A stretch of DNA of 64,000 nt from Acidobacteriota bacterium (GCA_003222395.1 QHWB01000034.1:67460-131459), one strand, 5' to 3'; numbered from the stretch's first letter, positions 9,115 to 21,213 are shown. The notes: a model not told the origin generated them from the letters alone. Translations and numbers: made by a program.

Positions 9115-12100
9115 ATGCGTTTCCTGATTTTTCGAACCATGCTCGTTGCGGCGATGGGCGTCGCGTGCGCATCGAACGCCGCGGCCCAGGCCGATCCGCT
9201 GGAGTTCCTGAAAAAGTACCCGTCGACGACGGCCAGCGTCGGCTCGCCGAACGTCATCGTCGCGGTCGATCTCGCGAACCGGATGCTGCGCGATGCGCCG
9301 TCCGACTCGACCTGTTTGCCGACGTCGGCGACTCCCAACAGTTGCGATGTCGGCGTGGCGAATACGACGAGCAGCTACTACGACCCATTCCCTTACTCGA
9401 AAACGGGTGCGGCTTGGGAAGCAGACACAGGAATACACGGCGGATTCAACATTACGAACGTCAACACGGCGACCAACTACCGGCGCAAGTACGAGGCGCT
9501 CGTCCCAGGCGCGTCGAACTCGTTCAACGCCACCACGATCACCGTGACGCATGACGGCGATGGCAGCGCGTACACACGATTCGAGGCGCCAACGCGACTC
9601 GCGATCTTGAAGGCCGCCCTGTACCAGACAATTGTCGAGAACACACGCGTTGCCAGGTTCGACCTCGTGCGGATGCGTCAGAAGTCGCCGAAAGCGGCGG
9701 GGCAAGGCAACTTCAAGCCTGTGACAGTGACCGACGCCGACGAGTTGACGACGACCGAATTTGCCGCTGGTCAGTGGAAGATCTCCAGGCCGACTGTTAC
9801 GGGGGACAACGGCAGTGTGGGGCAGCCGACGACGGCGAACATTGCGATCATCCACGGCGAAGACAGCACCGCGAACGCCGATTTCCTGACCATGCTTGGT
9901 CTCGACGAGCGGCAGGATGAAGGTAACACAGCATCGACGCGAAGATTGACACCAGCTGGCAACGATGATTCGTCAACCAACAAAATAGATGCGCCGATCA
10001 ACAACTTGCTCGTCGACGCCCACGACGAAGCGAAGCGGCTGATTGCGATCAACAACGACCCGACCTGCCGCAACACGATCGTCATCCTCATCGTCGGCGG
10101 CGGCGAAGGAACCACGGGGGGCGCGACCAATGCGTTGCTCGCGACGACCGCGGCCACCTTCATGAATCTGAACAACTCGGGTCGCCGCGTGCCGATCTAC
10201 GTGATCGCGATCGCGCCGCCAGGCGCCGATCGATCGTCGCTGCAGGCCATCGCGACCAGCAGTGGCGGACAATACTTCGAGATTACGAAGCAGATGATCG
10301 ACTCGGCCTTCTTGCTGCAGTCGACGGTGTATCCGAGTTCGGTGACGGGGACCTTGGTCGTGCCGGAAGTCGTCGCCGCGATGAACGCCGCCGTCATGCA
10401 CAGCTACGCGGCGAGCACCGACTTCAATGCCGGCACGGCGAGCGAGTTCCCCATGACCGCGCCGATCACCGGCACGGTCGACCTCACGAACGGCCACGAC
10501 ATCAACGGACATGCGCTCCTGAATTCCGAGGTGCACAACACGAAGTCCGGCGCCTTGATTCCGCAGCGAGGCAACGTTCTCGTTACGACCGCTGTCACCA
10601 CGCCGACGACGAATGGACTGGGCGGTGTATTGCGCGCGTTCCGCACGTACATCCCGAAGAGCGACAGCACGCAGCTGTCCGGTTGGCAGTTCGTCTCTCA
10701 GCTGTCGGCCAGCGATCCTGGCGGACCGCAGGAGAAGCGGCTCTGGGTCGCGTGCGTCCCGGGTCCCGGCTGTGCGACGCCGACCGGGACGTCGGTGACC
10801 GATTCGAGTCTCCGGAATCTCTATACGGTGACGCCCGACGGCACGATGGTCGCGTTCACGACCGCCAATGTCGCCACATTGGCGCCGCTGATGAACCTGA
10901 ACCCGACTGACGCGACGAGCGTCATCACGGCGGTGCGCAATCTGCCGCTCGGCCCGATCATGACCTCGACGCCCGCGATCATGAATCCGCCGTCGCTCGA
11001 TCCGCCGCCCGACGCCTCGTACCCGAAATTCGCCGAGGACAACAAGGGCCGCCGGAGCATCGTCTGGGTCGGCACGAACTGGGGCATCTTCGAAGGCATC
11101 GACGCACGGCTCGGCGTCGAGGTGTGGGGCTTCATTCCGCTCAACCTGCTGCCGAAGCTGAGGACGATTCGCGACGGCCAGCCGATGGGCAATTTCGATT
11201 ACTTCGCCGACAGCTCGCCAAAGGTCGCCGACGTGCGGTACAGCGACGGGAGCTGGCATAGCCACCTTGTCGTCGGCGAAGGCGGCGGCGGCACGTTCTA
11301 TCAGTCGTTAGACGTGACGCTCGCCGACATGACATCGTGCAGCGGCTGCGTGTCGACGAGCGACGACATCAGCGCGCTGCTGACGTATTTTTCGACGCCG
11401 CGCGTGACGCTGAACTGGGCGTTTCCCAGTTACAGCAATTTCGATCCGACGCTCAGCGCGGCGCAGCACTGCGATCCGGTCTCCGGCACGTGCGACTCGC
11501 TGGCGTACGGCGATCTCAAAGCGACGGCGTCCGCTGTTGAGAAGAGCGTCGGACAGACCTGGTCGGATCCGGCCATCGGCGAGGTGTCGAGCAATTCAGG
11601 GCCGTACTCCGTTCTGGTCGGTTCCGGATTTCTGCCGCGTGCGACCGAGATCCAGGCGAACCGCAACAGCGCGCGTGCCGGCACGACAATCTATATTCTC
11701 GACGCGCAGACCGGCGCCGTCTTGGACAGCAAGGATGTGGGGAGCGACGGCGTCAACGAAACGGCGAACAACTGCCGCGCGAGCGCCGGCGGCTGCACGA
11801 ATCTGAAGAACGCGATCCAGGCCGATCCCGTTTCGACCGGTCCATCGAGCTCGCGGTTCATCACCATGGCGTACGCCGGCGATCTCGACGGCAACCTGTG
11901 GCGGTTCGACATCATTCTCGATTCGTCGAACGGCAACAAGCCGAAGATCAACACTACGACGAAGATTTACGCCTCCGGATCGAATCAACCGATCTTCAGC
12001 TCGATGGCGACGGTCAACGTCGGCGGGACGCAGCAGTACATCTTTTTCGGCACGGGCGCGGACACACTGGGTCCGACCGACAAGAACACCGTTTACAAAT

Positions 12101-12546
12101 ACCTCGGCGTTCTCGACACCGGCGCGGGCAGCACGGCGCCGCTGAGCCAGAATCTACAGAAGACGAACGGGAACAGCATCACGGTGGACGAGCGCGTGTC
12201 GGCGTTCCCGGCGGTTGCCGGCGATATCGTGTTTTTCACGTCGACGGTCTATAACCCGTCGAGTCTCTGCTCGGCGCCGACGGCGAATCTGTACGCCTTC
12301 ACGTTCATCGGCGGCCCGGCGTACGACAACACCGGCGACAACGTGATCAAGACCAGCGGGAACGGCGCTGATACACCGCTGGTCAAATCGATCGCCGGCT
12401 CGCGCGCGACCGCGCCGTTCATCGTCGACCAGCATCTCGCGTTCGAGATCGGTGGGAAAGTACAGCTCTTCGGCGATCCGAACGCGTACAATAACGGCGT
12501 CGGCAACGCTGGCGTCCGTCTGCTTTCCTGGCGCGAAGTGCGCTGA
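9115..12546 (+). CDS. PilY1-like type IV pilus tip-associated protein (vWA-like N-region + beta-propeller C-region)
   Basis: Signal peptide, 1143 aa, and C-terminal motifs VWGFIPLNLLPKL and YAGDLDGNLWRFDI characteristic of PilY1. It follows four minor pilins. Confidence 0.8.
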   Translation: MRFLIFRTMLVAAMGVACASNAAAQADPLEFLKKYPSTTASVGSPNVIVAVDLANRMLRDAPSDSTCLPTSATPNSCDVGVANTTSSYYDPFPYSKTGAAWEADTGIHGGFNITNVNTATNYRRKYEALVPGASNSFNATTITVTHDGDGSAYTRFEAPTRLAILKAALYQTIVENTRVARFDLVRMRQKSPKAAGQGNFKPVTVTDADELTTTEFAAGQWKISRPTVTGDNGSVGQPTTANIAIIHGEDSTANADFLTMLGLDERQDEGNTASTRRLTPAGNDDSSTNKIDAPINNLLVDAHDEAKRLIAINNDPTCRNTIVILIVGGGEGTTGGATNALLATTAATFMNLNNSGRRVPIYVIAIAPPGADRSSLQAIATSSGGQYFEITKQMIDSAFLLQSTVYPSSVTGTLVVPEVVAAMNAAVMHSYAASTDFNAGTASEFPMTAPITGTVDLTNGHDINGHALLNSEVHNTKSGALIPQRGNVLVTTAVTTPTTNGLGGVLRAFRTYIPKSDSTQLSGWQFVSQLSASDPGGPQEKRLWVACVPGPGCATPTGTSVTDSSLRNLYTVTPDGTMVAFTTANVATLAPLMNLNPTDATSVITAVRNLPLGPIMTSTPAIMNPPSLDPPPDASYPKFAEDNKGRRSIVWVGTNWGIFEGIDARLGVEVWGFIPLNLLPKLRTIRDGQPMGNFDYFADSSPKVADVRYSDGSWHSHLVVGEGGGGTFYQSLDVTLADMTSCSGCVSTSDDISALLTYFSTPRVTLNWAFPSYSNFDPTLSAAQHCDPVSGTCDSLAYGDLKATASAVEKSVGQTWSDPAIGEVSSNSGPYSVLVGSGFLPRATEIQANRNSARAGTTIYILDAQTGAVLDSKDVGSDGVNETANNCRASAGGCTNLKNAIQADPVSTGPSSSRFITMAYAGDLDGNLWRFDIILDSSNGNKPKINTTTKIYASGSNQPIFSSMATVNVGGTQQYIFFGTGADTLGPTDKNTVYKYLGVLDTGAGSTAPLSQNLQKTNGNSITVDERVSAFPAVAGDIVFFTSTVYNPSSLCSAPTANLYAFTFIGGPAYDNTGDNVIKTSGNGADTPLVKSIAGSRATAPFIVDQHLAFEIGGKVQLFGDPNAYNNGVGNAGVRLLSWREVR

Positions 12547-12575
12547 GCGCGGCGCAGGATTCCTGAAAGCACGCA

Positions 12576-13478
12576 ATGGCTGAATACGTTGTCTGTTCGT
12601 CCTGCGGCGCGCGCATCAAGGCGACGCGGCAGCGATGCCTTCGTTGTCTCGAGCCGCTTCACGGCGACGAAAGCCTGTCGTATCCGTCGCTGAGCCTGTC
12701 GCGTGTCCAGACGCTCGCGCTCGCGGGCGGGGTGTCGCTCGCCGTGCTCGCGCTCGTCGTCGTGCTCTGGTGGACGCGGCCGCAGGAGGCCGATCCGGTT
12801 GCGCGTCCGTATTCGACGCCATCGTCGGCGCAGCCGCGCCAGGCGCCCGACACGCCGTCAGCGGAACCGGCGCCGTCCGCCGGAGCGGCCGCAGCCGAAG
12901 TCGCCGCCGTTGCCGACGTGCGACGCACCGCTGGCACCGCGCTGACCGGCGGAAACCTCGAGTCGGCGCGCGCGTCGTACGAAGCCGTCCTGGAAAAAAA
13001 GGCTGACGACCCTGAAGCCTTGAACGGACTCGGGCTCGTGCTCGAACGCTCGGGAAAGCTCGACGAAGCGATCGCACGCTACGCGCAGGCCGCGCAGCTG
13101 GTCCCCGATAGGTGGACGTACCGGTTCAACCTTGCGCATGCCGAGGCACAGGCGCAGCGATGGGATCGTGCGACCGCCGATTATCGTGAGGCAGTGCGTC
13201 TGTTTCCCGACGATTACGCGACGCAATACAACCTGGCGCTCGCTCTTCATAACCAGGGAGACGACCGGGCGGCGATTCCGGAGTATGAGAAAGCGATTCA
13301 GCTCGCGCCGAGCGAGCCGAGCTTCCACTTGTCGCTGGCGATGAGCCTGGAACGCGTCGGCAAGACGTCGGATGCGGCGCGGGAGTATCAGCAGTACCTG
13401 CAGATGAACCCGTCTGCGCCGGAAGCGGAGAAGATCAGGGCTCACGTGCAGTCGCTGACCGCAACCACCCGGACGTAG
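12576..13478 (+). CDS. zinc-ribbon / TM / TPR-repeat protein
   Basis: N-terminal CSSCG..CLRC motif, one TM helix, Pro/Ala linker and C-terminal TPR repeats (ALNGLGLVLERSGKLDEAI...). Confidence 0.7.
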   Translation: MAEYVVCSSCGARIKATRQRCLRCLEPLHGDESLSYPSLSLSRVQTLALAGGVSLAVLALVVVLWWTRPQEADPVARPYSTPSSAQPRQAPDTPSAEPAPSAGAAAAEVAAVADVRRTAGTALTGGNLESARASYEAVLEKKADDPEALNGLGLVLERSGKLDEAIARYAQAAQLVPDRWTYRFNLAHAEAQAQRWDRATADYREAVRLFPDDYATQYNLALALHNQGDDRAAIPEYEKAIQLAPSEPSFHLSLAMSLERVGKTSDAAREYQQYLQMNPSAPEAEKIRAHVQSLTATTRT

Positions 13479-13540
13479 CCTTGACCGTCCTCAGGGGGTC
13501 ACGTACGATCGAGTTGCGGCCGATAAATTCTGTGAAAGTC

Positions 13541-14125
13541 ATGCCCTTCCGATTCCTCGTCGTCGTTGTCCTGATGTCGCTGGCCGCGGGCCGCGCGGCC
13601 GTCGTGTCGGCGCAGTCGCTCGCCGACCTTGCGAAAAAGGAAGAAGAACGGCGCAAAGAGATGAAGGGGCCGACCAAGGTCATCACGAACAAGGATCTCG
13701 CGCCCGTTCCCAGCGGATCGACGCCGGCACCGGCCGACGGCGCAGCGGTGCCCGCCACTCCGGCACCGGGCGGTGCGGCGAAGGACGCGAAAGGCGCCAA
13801 AGACGCGAAAGACGAGAAGGACGCCAAGGCCAACGAGCCGGGAAAGGACAAGGCCTATTGGGCAGGCCGCCTCAAAGGGCTCCAGGAGACGCTCGACCGC
13901 GACCAGACGTACGCCGACGCGTTGCAGAGCCGCATCAATGCTCTCACTACCGACTTCGTGAACCGCGCCGATCCGGCGCAGCGCTCCGTTATCGAGCGCG
14001 ACCGCCAGCGATCGCTCGCCGAGCTGGCCAAGCTCAAAGAACAGATCCAGAAGGACAAGAAGGCTCTCGCCGACCTCGACGAAGAAGCGCGCCGCGCGGG
14101 CGTTCCGCCCGGCTGGCTGCGGTGA
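13541..14125 (+). CDS. secreted coiled-coil protein, unknown function
   Basis: Start moved to ATG 13541, giving signal peptide MPFRFLVVVVLMSLAAGRAAVVSAQS. Lys/Ala-rich linker and coiled-coil C-terminus. Confidence 0.6.
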   Translation: MPFRFLVVVVLMSLAAGRAAVVSAQSLADLAKKEEERRKEMKGPTKVITNKDLAPVPSGSTPAPADGAAVPATPAPGGAAKDAKGAKDAKDEKDAKANEPGKDKAYWAGRLKGLQETLDRDQTYADALQSRINALTTDFVNRADPAQRSVIERDRQRSLAELAKLKEQIQKDKKALADLDEEARRAGVPPGWLR

Positions 14126-14166
14126 CTCTTCGGCACGCTCGGTGTCGTCCTGAGTAGAGTTGAGCG

Positions 14167-15594
14167 ATGACTTCGCGTACCCGCCGTTCGATTGATCCTC
14201 CGATCCTGCTCGTCGAGGACAAAGACTCGCTGCGGGCGATGCTGCGTCATGCGCTCGAAGCGCAGGGACACGCCGTCGTCGAGGCGCGCGATCAGCGTGA
14301 AGCAGAAGCGGCGCTGCAGGGCGGTCGTCCCGGAGTCGTGCTGTCGGATTTGCGTCTGCCTGAAGGAGACGGATTCGGCGTGCTCCGTGCGGCCAAGGAG
14401 CTCGATCCCGAGATGCCGGTCATCGTGATGACGGCGTTCGGCAGCATCCAGGACGCCGTCGCCGCGATGAAGGAAGGGGCGCTCGATTTCCTCGCCAAGC
14501 CGGTCGATCCCGACCATCTGCTGCTGATGGTCGAGCGCGCGCTCTCGCAGCGTCGCCTGACGACGGAAAACCTGATTCTCAAAGAGGAGCTGGCGCGGCG
14601 CCGCGGCGCGCCGCAGATCGTCGGCGACGATGCCAAGCTGAAACAAGTCTCGGTGGCGCTGCATCGCGCGGCCGCGACCGATACGACAGTGCTGCTCGAA
14701 GGCGAGAGCGGTACCGGCAAGGAGCTGTTCGCGCGAACGCTTCACGCGCTCAGCCCGAGGGCCGACGGGCCGTTCGTCGCCATCAACTGCGCGGCGATTC
14801 CCGAGACGCTGCTCGAGACCGAGCTCTTCGGTCACGAAAAAGGCGCATTCACAGGCGCCGCCGCCCGCAAGCCGGGAAAGTTCGAGCTTGCGCATCGCGG
14901 CACGCTGTTCCTCGACGAAATCGGCGATCTGCCGCTACCGCTCCAGGCGAAGATTCTTCGCGCGCTCGAGGAGAAGCGATTCGAGCGCGTCGGCGGCACC
15001 GTGCCGCTGCAGGTGGATGTGCGCGTCGTCGCCGCAACGAATCGCAACCTCAAAGCCGCGGTCGCGGCGCGGCAGTACCGCGAAGATCTCTACTTCCGGC
15101 TGTCGGTCTTTCCGATCACCATTCCGCCGCTGCGCGAGCGGCTCGACGACATCACGACGCTGGCGCGCTACTTCATCGATCGCTTCTGCCACGACTTGAA
15201 CAAGAAGGCGCTCATCCTCTCGCCCGCCGCGGAACAGGAGCTCTGCGCCTACGGCTGGCCGGGCAACGTGCGCGAGCTGCAGAATTGCATCGAACGCGCG
15301 GCGATTCTGACCGAGGGCGAGACGATTCATCCACGGCACTTGAACCTCTCGTTCCGCGACGCCGCGCCGCCGGCGGCCGACGACGAAGATCGGAGTCCGT
15401 GGTCGAAGATCGATCTGTCGGGCAGCCTGGCGGAGGTGACGCGGCGGACGCTGGCCGAAGTCGAGCGTCGCAAGATCGAGCTCGCGCTGAAGGAAGCATC
15501 GGGCAACCGCGGGCGCGCGGCGGAGCTGCTGCAGGTCAGCTACAAGACGTTTCTCGCGAAGCTGAAAGATTACGGGCTGGATGGGCAGGCCTGA
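14167..15594 (+). CDS. sigma54-dependent response regulator (NtrC/PilR family)
   Basis: REC domain, AAA+ domain with GESGTGKE and the GAFTGA loop, and a C-terminal Fis-type HTH. Confidence 0.92.
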   Translation: MTSRTRRSIDPPILLVEDKDSLRAMLRHALEAQGHAVVEARDQREAEAALQGGRPGVVLSDLRLPEGDGFGVLRAAKELDPEMPVIVMTAFGSIQDAVAAMKEGALDFLAKPVDPDHLLLMVERALSQRRLTTENLILKEELARRRGAPQIVGDDAKLKQVSVALHRAAATDTTVLLEGESGTGKELFARTLHALSPRADGPFVAINCAAIPETLLETELFGHEKGAFTGAAARKPGKFELAHRGTLFLDEIGDLPLPLQAKILRALEEKRFERVGGTVPLQVDVRVVAATNRNLKAAVAARQYREDLYFRLSVFPITIPPLRERLDDITTLARYFIDRFCHDLNKKALILSPAAEQELCAYGWPGNVRELQNCIERAAILTEGETIHPRHLNLSFRDAAPPAADDEDRSPWSKIDLSGSLAEVTRRTLAEVERRKIELALKEASGNRGRAAELLQVSYKTFLAKLKDYGLDGQA

Positions 15595-15646
15595 CCGCCT
15601 TCGCCAAGGCTAAGGTGCTCCGCCGCAGCTTTAGCGGAAGGGCTGC

Positions 15647-16735
15647 CTACGTCTTGAACCCAACCTGCTTCAGCGCCGCTCTCATTTCTTTTTCCGTGAC
15701 GTCGTCCACGATCGTCGTCGCGCCGACGGTTGTCGGCAGGACGAAGTGCAGCCGGCCGGCGACCATCTTCTTGTCGTGCTTCATCGCCTCGAGGATGTGG
15801 GATGTCGAAAGGTCGGCGATTGGCGGCAGCGGACCGAGGCTGGCGATGACGTCCGCCAGCGCCTGACGATCGGTTTCCGCGAGCGCTCCACGCCCGCGCG
15901 CGAGCTCGGCTGCCACGAGCATTCCGTACGCGACCGCTTCGCCGTGGCGGTAGCGCCGGTATTTCGTGACCGACTCGAGCGCGTGCCCCGCCGTGTGTCC
16001 GAAGTTGAGGATCCGCCGAGGCCCTGCCTCGCGCTCGTCCGTCGCCACGACGTCGGCCTTGATCCGGCACGATTCGGCGATGATCGGCGTCAGCGCTGCG
16101 GCCGTACGCGCGAAGATTTCCTTGCGCTGCTTCGCGACGCGGTCGAACAGCGACGCGCTCGACGTCATCCCGTACTTGATCACTTCGTAGAGGCCGGCGC
16201 GGAACTCACGCCGCGGCAGCGTCGCGAGCAGCAGCGGGTCGACGACGACGGCATGCGGCTGATAGAACGACCCAATCAGGTTCTTGCCGAGCGCGTGATT
16301 CACGCCGACCTTGCCGCCAATCGCGCTGTCGACCTGCGCGAGCAGCGTGGTCGGAACGTGGACGAGGCTGACGCCGCGCAGATAGGTCGCGGCGGCGAAT
16401 CCGGCCATGTCGCCGATGACGCCGCCGCCGAAGGTGACGAGGGTCGTCGCCCGATCGGCGTTGACGCGCGTCAACGCGTCGTAGATGCGCGACACCGTCG
16501 CGAGATGCTTGTACCGCTCCCCGTCGGGTACTAGGATCGGCTGCTCGGAGGTGACGCCGGTGCGGCCGAACTGCACGCCGTGAAAGCGCCACACGAGCGG
16601 GCTCGACACGACGAAGCGCCGCTCGGGGAGGCGAATGTCGTTGATCAGGCGGCCGAGGCGATCGAGCGCGCCGTCGTCGATCGTCACACGGTACGTGCGT
16701 GAAGGCGTCGATACATCGATGCGAACCGGGTCCAT
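15647..16735 (-). CDS. aroB: 3-dehydroquinate synthase
   Basis: 362 aa with full-length AroB-like sequence (GGGVIGDMAGFAAATYLRGV, NFGHTAGHALE). Confidence 0.92.
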   Translation of the reverse strand: MDPVRIDVSTPSRTYRVTIDDGALDRLGRLINDIRLPERRFVVSSPLVWRFHGVQFGRTGVTSEQPILVPDGERYKHLATVSRIYDALTRVNADRATTLVTFGGGVIGDMAGFAAATYLRGVSLVHVPTTLLAQVDSAIGGKVGVNHALGKNLIGSFYQPHAVVVDPLLLATLPRREFRAGLYEVIKYGMTSSASLFDRVAKQRKEIFARTAAALTPIIAESCRIKADVVATDEREAGPRRILNFGHTAGHALESVTKYRRYRHGEAVAYGMLVAAELARGRGALAETDRQALADVIASLGPLPPIADLSTSHILEAMKHDKKMVAGRLHFVLPTTVGATTIVDDVTEKEMRAALKQVGFKT

Positions 16736-16778
16736 CGAAGCGCTCTGCTAGCATAGCTGAGCAACCGTCAGTATGCAT

Positions 16779-16934
16779 GTGGCGACGTTCTGTCCGGAAC
16801 ACGCGCGAGCGGTTCATCGCGTGAGCGAGTCAGCGACGTAGGCGCGGTGTGGCGACGTTCTGTTCTAGATACGCCCGAGCGCAGCGCCGGCGGCCAAGCG
16901 AGCGGGGGTGGGGCCCCGCGAGCCCAAGGAAATG
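16779..16934 (+). repeat. family-A element (duplicated 5' module + core) upstream of nadB
   Basis: GTGGCGACGTTCTGT occurs at 16779 and 16849. The core AGCGAGCGGGGGTGGGGCCCCGCGAGC is followed by CCAAGGAAATG. Confidence 0.85.
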
Positions 16935-16973
16935 CCGCGACGGCATCAGACGCATGGCCCCATGCAATAAAAA

Positions 16974-18558
<1,585 letters not shown>

Positions 18559-18566
<8 letters not shown>

Positions 18567-20010
18567 ACAAGAGAAAGCCGACGCGTTCGTTACCGAGATC
18601 ACTCCCCGTTCGGAGGACTTCTCGCGCTGGTACCTGGACATCGTGCGCCGCGCCGAGCTCGCCGACTACTCGCCGGTGAAGGGATGCATGGTCATCAGGC
18701 CGTACGGATACGCGGTCTGGGAATTGATTCAGCAGGCATTCGACGCCGAGTTCAAGAAGACAGGGCACGTCAACGCCTACTTTCCGTTGTTCATCCCCGA
18801 GAGCCTGCTGCACAAGGAGGCGGAGCATGTCGAAGGATTCGCGCCGCAGGTCGCGTACGTGACGCACGCCGGCGGCGAGGAGCTCGAAGAGAAGCTCGTC
18901 GTGCGGCCGACGTCGGAAGCGATCATCGGCACGATGTACGCGAAATGGATCCAGTCGTGGCGCGATCTGCCGATCCTGATCAATCAGTGGGCGAACGTCG
19001 TGCGATGGGAGAAGGTGACGCGTCCGTTCCTGAGGACGACCGAGTTCCTGTGGCAGGAAGGGCACACGGCTCACGAAACACACGAAGAGGCCGAAAGGGA
19101 AACGCTGATGATCCTCGACCTGTACGCGAAGGTCGCGGAAACGGTCATGGCGATGCCTGTCGTGAAGGGGATGAAGAGCGAGAGCGAGAAGTTCGCGGGG
19201 GCGCTGAGAACCTACTCAATCGAAGCGTTGATGGGCGACGGCCGCGCGCTCCAGGCGGGGACGTCGCACAACCTCGGACAGAATTTCGCCAAGGCGTTCG
19301 ACATCACGTTCCAGGCGCGCGACAAATCAGTGCAGCACGTATGGGGCACCTCCTGGGGTGTGTCGACGCGACTCGTCGGCGGCGTCGTCATGACGCACGG
19401 CGACGACAGCGGTCTGATCCTGCCGCCTCGCGTGGCGCCATACCAGGTCGTCATCGTGCCCATCGGCCGCGACAACTGGCGCGAAACGGTGTTGCCCAAA
19501 GCGCAGGAGATTCAGCAGCAGCTGCGGTCGGCCGGCATCCGCGTGACGCTCGATGAGCGCGACGAACGTCCCGGATGGAAATTCTCGGAATGGGAGCTTC
19601 GAGGCGTGCCGCTGCGCGTCGAAATCGGTCCGAAGGACATCGAGAAGTCGGCTGTGCTCGTCGCCCGCCGCGACACCCGCGAGAAACAGAGCCTCGCCAT
19701 GGACGGACTGGCGACTCGTATCCAGCAGCTGCTCGACGACGTGCAGCGGACCCTGTTCGATCGTGCCCGCACGTTCCGCGACGAGCACACTCAGCGGGTC
19801 TCGACCTACGAAGAGTTCAAGCAGGTGATGGAAGGACGTCCCGGCTTCGTCATCGCCCCCTGGTGCGGGTCGACCGATTGCGAAGCGCAGATCAAGAACG
19901 AGACGCAGGCGACCATTCGCAACATGCCCCGGAGCGGCGCGCCCGGAGGCACCTGCATCCGCTGCGATCAGGGCGCGATCGCCGAGGCGTGGTTCGCGAA
20001 ATCGTACTGA
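18559..20010 (+). CDS. proS: proline--tRNA ligase (archaeal/eukaryote-like short type)
   Basis: 483 aa class II aaRS with an N-terminus typical of short-type ProRS (FSRWYLDIVRRAELADYSPVKGCMVIRPYG). Confidence 0.93.
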
Positions 20011-20013
20011 GTG

Positions 20014-20826
20014 TCAGTCGGCGTCGCCGATGCGCTTCGGCCCGACGATCCACGCAATGGCGATGCTGAGCAGATAGAGCCCGACCATCGGCGCCGCGAA
20101 GATCGCCTGCGTCATCATGTCGCCCGTCGGCGTGATGACCGCGGCGACGACGAAGATGATGAGGAATGCGTACTTGAAGTTCTTGGCGAGGAACCGCGCG
20201 GTGATCAGCTTGATGCGCGCCAGGAAGTACACGATCGTCGGCATCTGGAAGACCAGCCCCATGCCGATCAGCATCTTCGTGTACAGCCCGAACACGTCTT
20301 CGAGCTTCGGCATGAACGCCAGATCCGGCGTGTTGAAGCTCGCGAAGAAGGCCATCATGAACGGGAACGAGATGTAGTGATTGAACAAGGCGCCCGCGAC
20401 GAACCCGATCGTCGTGAACAACACGAACGGAATCGCCATCCGTTTCTCGTTCGAGTAGAGGCCCGGCGCGATGAACATCCAGACCTGATACATGATGTAC
20501 GGCGCAGCGACGACGGCGCCGGCGATCAGCGCGACGGTGATGTAGAGCGAAAACGCTTCGCCGGGCTGCGTGTAAATGAGCTTGACGCCTGGCGGCAGCG
20601 CCTTGCGCGTCGGCGCAAGGATGAAATTGAAAATCGGATTGATGTAGGCGAACGTGACGAGGATCCCGACCGCAACCGCGAGGCACGATCGCACGATCCG
20701 TTTCCGGAGCTCGTCGAGATGCTCCAGAAACGACATCTTGCCTACGCCGAGCAGGTCGTCGTCTTCGTCGGGCGGAAGCTCTTTGTAAGCGCCTGATTGG
20801 GTGCCGGGAAAGGGGACGAGAGCCAT
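20014..20826 (-). CDS. tatC: twin-arginine translocase subunit TatC
   Basis: MSFLEHLDELRKRI motif and six TM segments. Confidence 0.92.
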   Translation of the reverse strand: MALVPFPGTQSGAYKELPPDEDDDLLGVGKMSFLEHLDELRKRIVRSCLAVAVGILVTFAYINPIFNFILAPTRKALPPGVKLIYTQPGEAFSLYITVALIAGAVVAAPYIMYQVWMFIAPGLYSNEKRMAIPFVLFTTIGFVAGALFNHYISFPFMMAFFASFNTPDLAFMPKLEDVFGLYTKMLIGMGLVFQMPTIVYFLARIKLITARFLAKNFKYAFLIIFVVAAVITPTGDMMTQAIFAAPMVGLYLLSIAIAWIVGPKRIGDAD

Positions 20827-20838
20827 CGGGCTGACCGA

Positions 20839-21114
20839 TCAGGCGCTGTGGTCGGCCGTACGCGCGGACTCTTCCGTGTGCGGCGTGGGCGTCGCGGCCG
20901 ACGGCGGGGGCGTCTGCTTGGTCGCCGTTTCCTTCTGTTCCTCGATGCGAATCTCTTCCTCCAGCGTGTTCCGCAGCTCGTTCGATGCTTTCTTGAATTC
21001 GGCGAGGCTCTTCCCGAGCGAGCGGCCGAGCTCGGGCAACTTCCGCGGTCCAAAAATGATCAGAGCGATCACGAAAATGATGATCAGCTCCGGCATGCCG
21101 ATGGAACCAAACAT
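20839..21114 (-). CDS. tatA: twin-arginine translocase subunit TatA/E
   Basis: [36 protein letters not shown], the canonical TatA N-terminus. Confidence 0.85.
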   Translation of the reverse strand: MFGSIGMPELIIIFVIALIIFGPRKLPELGRSLGKSLAEFKKASNELRNTLEEEIRIEEQKETATKQTPPPSAATPTPHTEESARTADHSA

Positions 21115-21213
21115 ATCCCCCCGCTTTCTGCGAGAAATGAACTGCCATTATAACCCATAAGCGACCCCGAAGTCGTTGCCGGGCTATAAGTTATCTGTTA
21201 CGATGCCAAGTAT

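Noticed and set aside
5630-15594. Pilus locus considered as a horizontally acquired island or mobile element
   Set aside because: There are no integrase, transposase, tRNA or flanking direct repeats. By eye, composition is not obviously different from the surrounding core genes.
16736-16973. Tandem duplicated modules upstream of nadB considered as a tandem-domain NAD+ riboswitch (nadA motif, known from Acidobacteria)
   Set aside because: I cannot reproduce the riboswitch consensus from memory or find convincing paired domains. The duplicated module is also part of the dispersed family-A repeat, which occurs at unrelated genes. An Rfam scan would settle the question.
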